Source: the human T2T-CHM13v2.0 reference genome, Homo sapiens. Taken from it: DNA of 64,000 nt. Positions 60,007-64,000 of the stretch are shown one piece after another (positions within the stretch are counted from its first letter, which is position 1; every line of letters starts with the position of its first letter). Below the pieces are notes generated by a model. It saw only the letters and a program-made list of their open reading frames with translations. It had not been told where the DNA came from and searched no databases. The stretch lies in the NCBI RefSeq assembly GCF_009914755.1, contig NC_060937.1. One strand, 5' to 3'. The position numbers were made by a program, and so were the translations under genes.

Positions 60007-61139
60007 AGTAACACATTAATTTTCTTAAGAAAGTAATTCCCTAAACCATAAAAATGTCCTGGTAAATATGTAATCAAAGAGATGATATTATAAGCAAAAA
60101 AGTAAAACTAGAACAATCAAATAAACACAATGCTAGGGTAATGTTCTTCTTCCTTAGGAAAGCCAGGTGAATAAAAATGAATATTCATGAATTTGTTGAA
60201 TCTTGAAACAATTTTTAGCATCTCAGAAATAAATTTGCCTTTTTTATAAATGCAATGCCTAGTAATCTCCAACTGTTGTCCAGTCAGTTATTTGTATCCA
60301 CTAGTGACTGTCTCAAAATTCTCCTTGACTTCTTATCAGGAAGATGGGGAATAATTTTTTTCCATCTGATAGGTGTGGAACAAAGCAGCCTCACCCTGAG
60401 GCTGACTTCAGTATGTCAAACAAATGGCTGTTCTCTCACAAATAAATGACAATAAGCCTGTTGGTTGCTTTCTGAATTCACACTGATAGGGCTCCCTTCC
60501 AGGGCCCTGAGTGTGCAGCTGTTCCTTCTTAACACAGACTCAACAAGTTCATGACATTATTTTTTAATGGAGTTTCTATAGAAATTATGTTTTAAAAATT
60601 CTCATCTGCATGAGATATGTTTGAATCTCATATATTGAAATGTACACATTAATTTAAAATTAGAACTTTTCAGCATTAAAGAGGGACAAGCATTAAATAT
60701 TGTACATTAATTTATATACATTGACAGGAACAATCATATTCGGAGAAATTAGAAGATATCACTTGTATGCATATCATTTTAAGAAATAACAGGGAGGGAA
60801 CACTTTTTTAAAAACTACTGTGAAGTTGTCAGTATTAAGAGGATTTAATAGAATAGAATTTGTTGCTTCTTATCTACTTCAGTATTGACTATCTGCACAT
60901 TCAACTGCTCTCATTGAAGTAGTGAGAACGATAATATTTCATTTGTGGGGTTAACTGCAGTAGTAGGTTTTGGTTGAGAGGAAGAGCGAGGGGAAAAAAT
61001 ATATATGAATATATAGAAAGAGGGAGATTTAATCCTCAGTCTCAAGGTCTGTCTTCAAGATATCTTGCCGTCTTGGTTGTGTTCAGAGTTCAGTAATTCC
61101 TAATTTAACTAAATCTTTCTTATTTTTCTTTTTCAATGA

Positions 61140-61385
61140 GACACCAGAGGCATAGAGGCATTGTAATTGAGACTTCACTGAAGCAAAGCCTTTGGATTCA
61201 GAAAGATCCAGACGTAGCGCTAGCAATTCGACAAGTCACTTCCGGTCTGAAACTTGATACCCTCACCTGCAATGTAGGAATAATAATTCAGACTATTGCT
61301 TCAAAGACTAAATAATATGACTGATGAGGCATCGAGGACATTGTTATATACTATGAACTTAATCAATGTTCATGTAAATGTATAT
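61140..61385 (+). mobile_element. MIR
   Basis: GACAAGTCACTT...CCTCACCTGCAATGTAGGAATAATAAT. Confidence 0.65.
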
Positions 61386-61422
61386 TGTTTCTCTTGCATC
61401 TTTAGAAAATACAAAAATATAA

Positions 61423-61832
<410 letters not shown>

Positions 61833-62269
61833 AAGAATTACTTTTAAATCTACTGAAGAACTTTGAAGTTCTTCAACTGTATTTTTCTCATCCTTGAAAG
61901 GAAATCATAAAACGTGCTTTGCTATTATTCCCAGGATTGTACAAATTGTACTTACCAACTTATTTGCAAATTTTTCTTTTCGTATTCTAAGTGTTTATTT
62001 TGAAAAACATATATAAATCGTATATATGAAGTAATTGCAGCTGTATCTAAAATTATTTTTCCAACAATAGTTCTCTTAGCCCCTAAAAATATATATTGCA
62101 TTAGTTTATTTTTAAATTATTTTTAATATTTTGACTTTATAGGGAATGCCTGTATGCCTCTGCTTCTCACTGGTAAAAAAGCTTTGGTTACAGTAACATT
62201 ACTGAATTGTGTGCGCATTTACCAAGAAGTCTTGAAGATAGACCCTGGTATTCAGGATTTAATCTTCCT

Positions 62270-63560
62270 CTTTTCCTACATGTTTTATGTCCTTTCTTTC
62301 TTCCTATCAACCAAAATCTATTATTGTAGTTAACCCCACCAATTAAACATTATTATTCTTGTATTATACAGTTTATTTTTTAAAAATTTTTTTGTGAGAT
62401 ACTTAAAATTTCTGCCTTCACTATTCCTTCTTGTATCTCAGATTTTCCATTTGAGTTATTTTGCTTAAGAGTCCACTTAGTTCTTGTTTGCAGGAAGTAA
62501 AATTTCTTGGTTATTGTGTGAAGATGTCTTTTTCTCAAACTTGTTCTGAGTTCGTCAGTCTAGAAAGGTAACTTCCTCTCAGCACGCTGAAAATAATATT
62601 ACATTGCCAATGTCATTATGGACATAAGAAAATCTGTTTTTAAGTGATACTTTCTTGTAGATGATCTGTCTTTCCTCTCTGGCTTCTTTTAAATGTTCTC
62701 TTCATCTTTGATATTTTGAAGTTTACTGAACTAAATTAGTTTGGGGAGGTGGAGGTAAATCTCAGCTTTGCTTTCTGCTGGTACTTTTCAATTACAATGA
62801 TGTCTTTTCCTCCCATATTTGGTGACTTTACATTGTGAATTCATACCTAGCAGCATACCATATGGGAATCCTGAATGACTTTGATTGACTATATTTTTAT
62901 CTACAGAAAATATTTTAATTTTATTCTGAATGGTATTGGGATATGCTGCCAGTCTCGAACCACTTTAATTTGATTCCTCAGACTGGGGAGTTCAGATGTA
63001 GGGGTGATGTAAACTCCATAACCCAGAAAAATGAAACAACAGGCCTATCATTACAATCTTTAAGGAGACTTTTTTTTTTTTTTTTCCCACAGAGATAAGT
63101 AACAGATTCTAGGAGATGTCTTCATTGGTTCCTTTTGTAGACAGGCGGTTTTTTGTTTTTGTTGTTGTTGTTGTTTAACCCCTATTTATACCCTCACTGA
63201 AATTATAACACTTAAAAGTGTCTTCACATTATTCATGAATCTGCAGTTGAAAGTCTATTTTTCAACCTGTGTAAACCCCAGCCTCTCATTTCTCTTCAGG
63301 TCCATTCGTCTAAATATTCTCGATCCCAGTTACCTGCTTGACATTTAGAGTTAGAGGAATTTAAAGTTACGCTAACTCCAATGGTTTGCTTTTCAACAAT
63401 TTTTTTTAAAGTTTTACCTTTATTTTAAATTTCTGTATCTCTTGAATGTTCTTGTATTTTCTCTTGAACTCTACAATGAACTAGCATGTATTTTGTTATG
63501 GTTTTCCCACAATGGAGTGCTTTCTGTCAATGGAGGACCTATCTGAATTTGTAATCCTCC
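62270..63560 (-). mobile_element. Old L1M/HAL1 ORF1-region fragment
   Basis: TTCCTCTCAGCACGCTGAAAATAATATTACATTG...TTGTAGATGATCTGTCTTTCCTCTCTGGCTTCTTTTAAATGTTCTC is typical of antisense ancient L1 ORF1. Confidence 0.6.
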
Positions 63561-64000
63561 ACATTGCAGGTGGTAGTGCTGTAAATTCTTTTAAAACTTT
63601 TACAGCTCTTTTATAATTCGAATATAATTATTGATCATTTGTGTTTGAAACATGAAAATTTATCAGAAATTATATGAGTATTATGTATTCAAAATCAATT
63701 TGTAATAGCAATGAATCATAGGACAAGTTCAAACATTAGAAATATAAAATGGCAAATTTTTAAATGGCATTTAGATTCTAAAGCTGGAATTTTAGAAACA
63801 ATTTACTCGATGTTTCCAATTTGAAAAGATAAAACAAATTGAAAAGATTGACAAATACACAGTATGTGTCACTCGATTTTTCTCAAAATGAAATTATTGC
63901 AAGGTAAATCAGGACCTAAAGAATAATTACCTCATCTGCCTGCCCTGGGTACCTCCATGAATATGAAAACAAATAAATGCAAAATGAGGAGAAACTTAGC

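Overview
This is human genomic DNA: an essentially unmutated AluYa5, a human-specific subfamily, sits at 16.07-16.33 kb. The window is AT-rich and intronic or intergenic. I found no host protein-coding exon, tRNA, rRNA or CpG island, and I cannot name the locus. The long ORFs derive from L1 or Alu, and the short ones look like chance ORFs. Much of the window is interspersed repeats: about 15 Alu/FLAM copies, L1PA2/PA3/PA5/PA15-16/L1MA/L1M fragments, many L2 and MIR, MaLR LTRs (MLT1, MST, THE1), and DNA transposons (Tigger3b, Tigger4, MER20, MER91A, MER3, MADE1). All repeat and subfamily calls were made by eye from remembered consensus features, not by RepeatMasker. The most notable observations are: (1) a heavily decayed Gypsy-like gag/zinc-knuckle/protease fossil at about 7-10.6 kb, split by L1 and MST insertions; (2) one 15-bp target site present three times around nested FLAM, L1PA3 and L1MA insertions; (3) an antisense Alu whose tail is in the wrong orientation; (4) an L1PA5 stub with poly(T) at one end and poly(A) at the other; (5) two independent 5'-inverted L1s that invert almost the same ORF2 segment; (6) a MEIS/TCF/E-box motif cluster bracketed by 42-bp direct repeats; (7) a four-half-site DR1 nuclear-receptor array; and (8) a candidate non-coding exon. 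I see no convincing evidence of a wholly new biological system.
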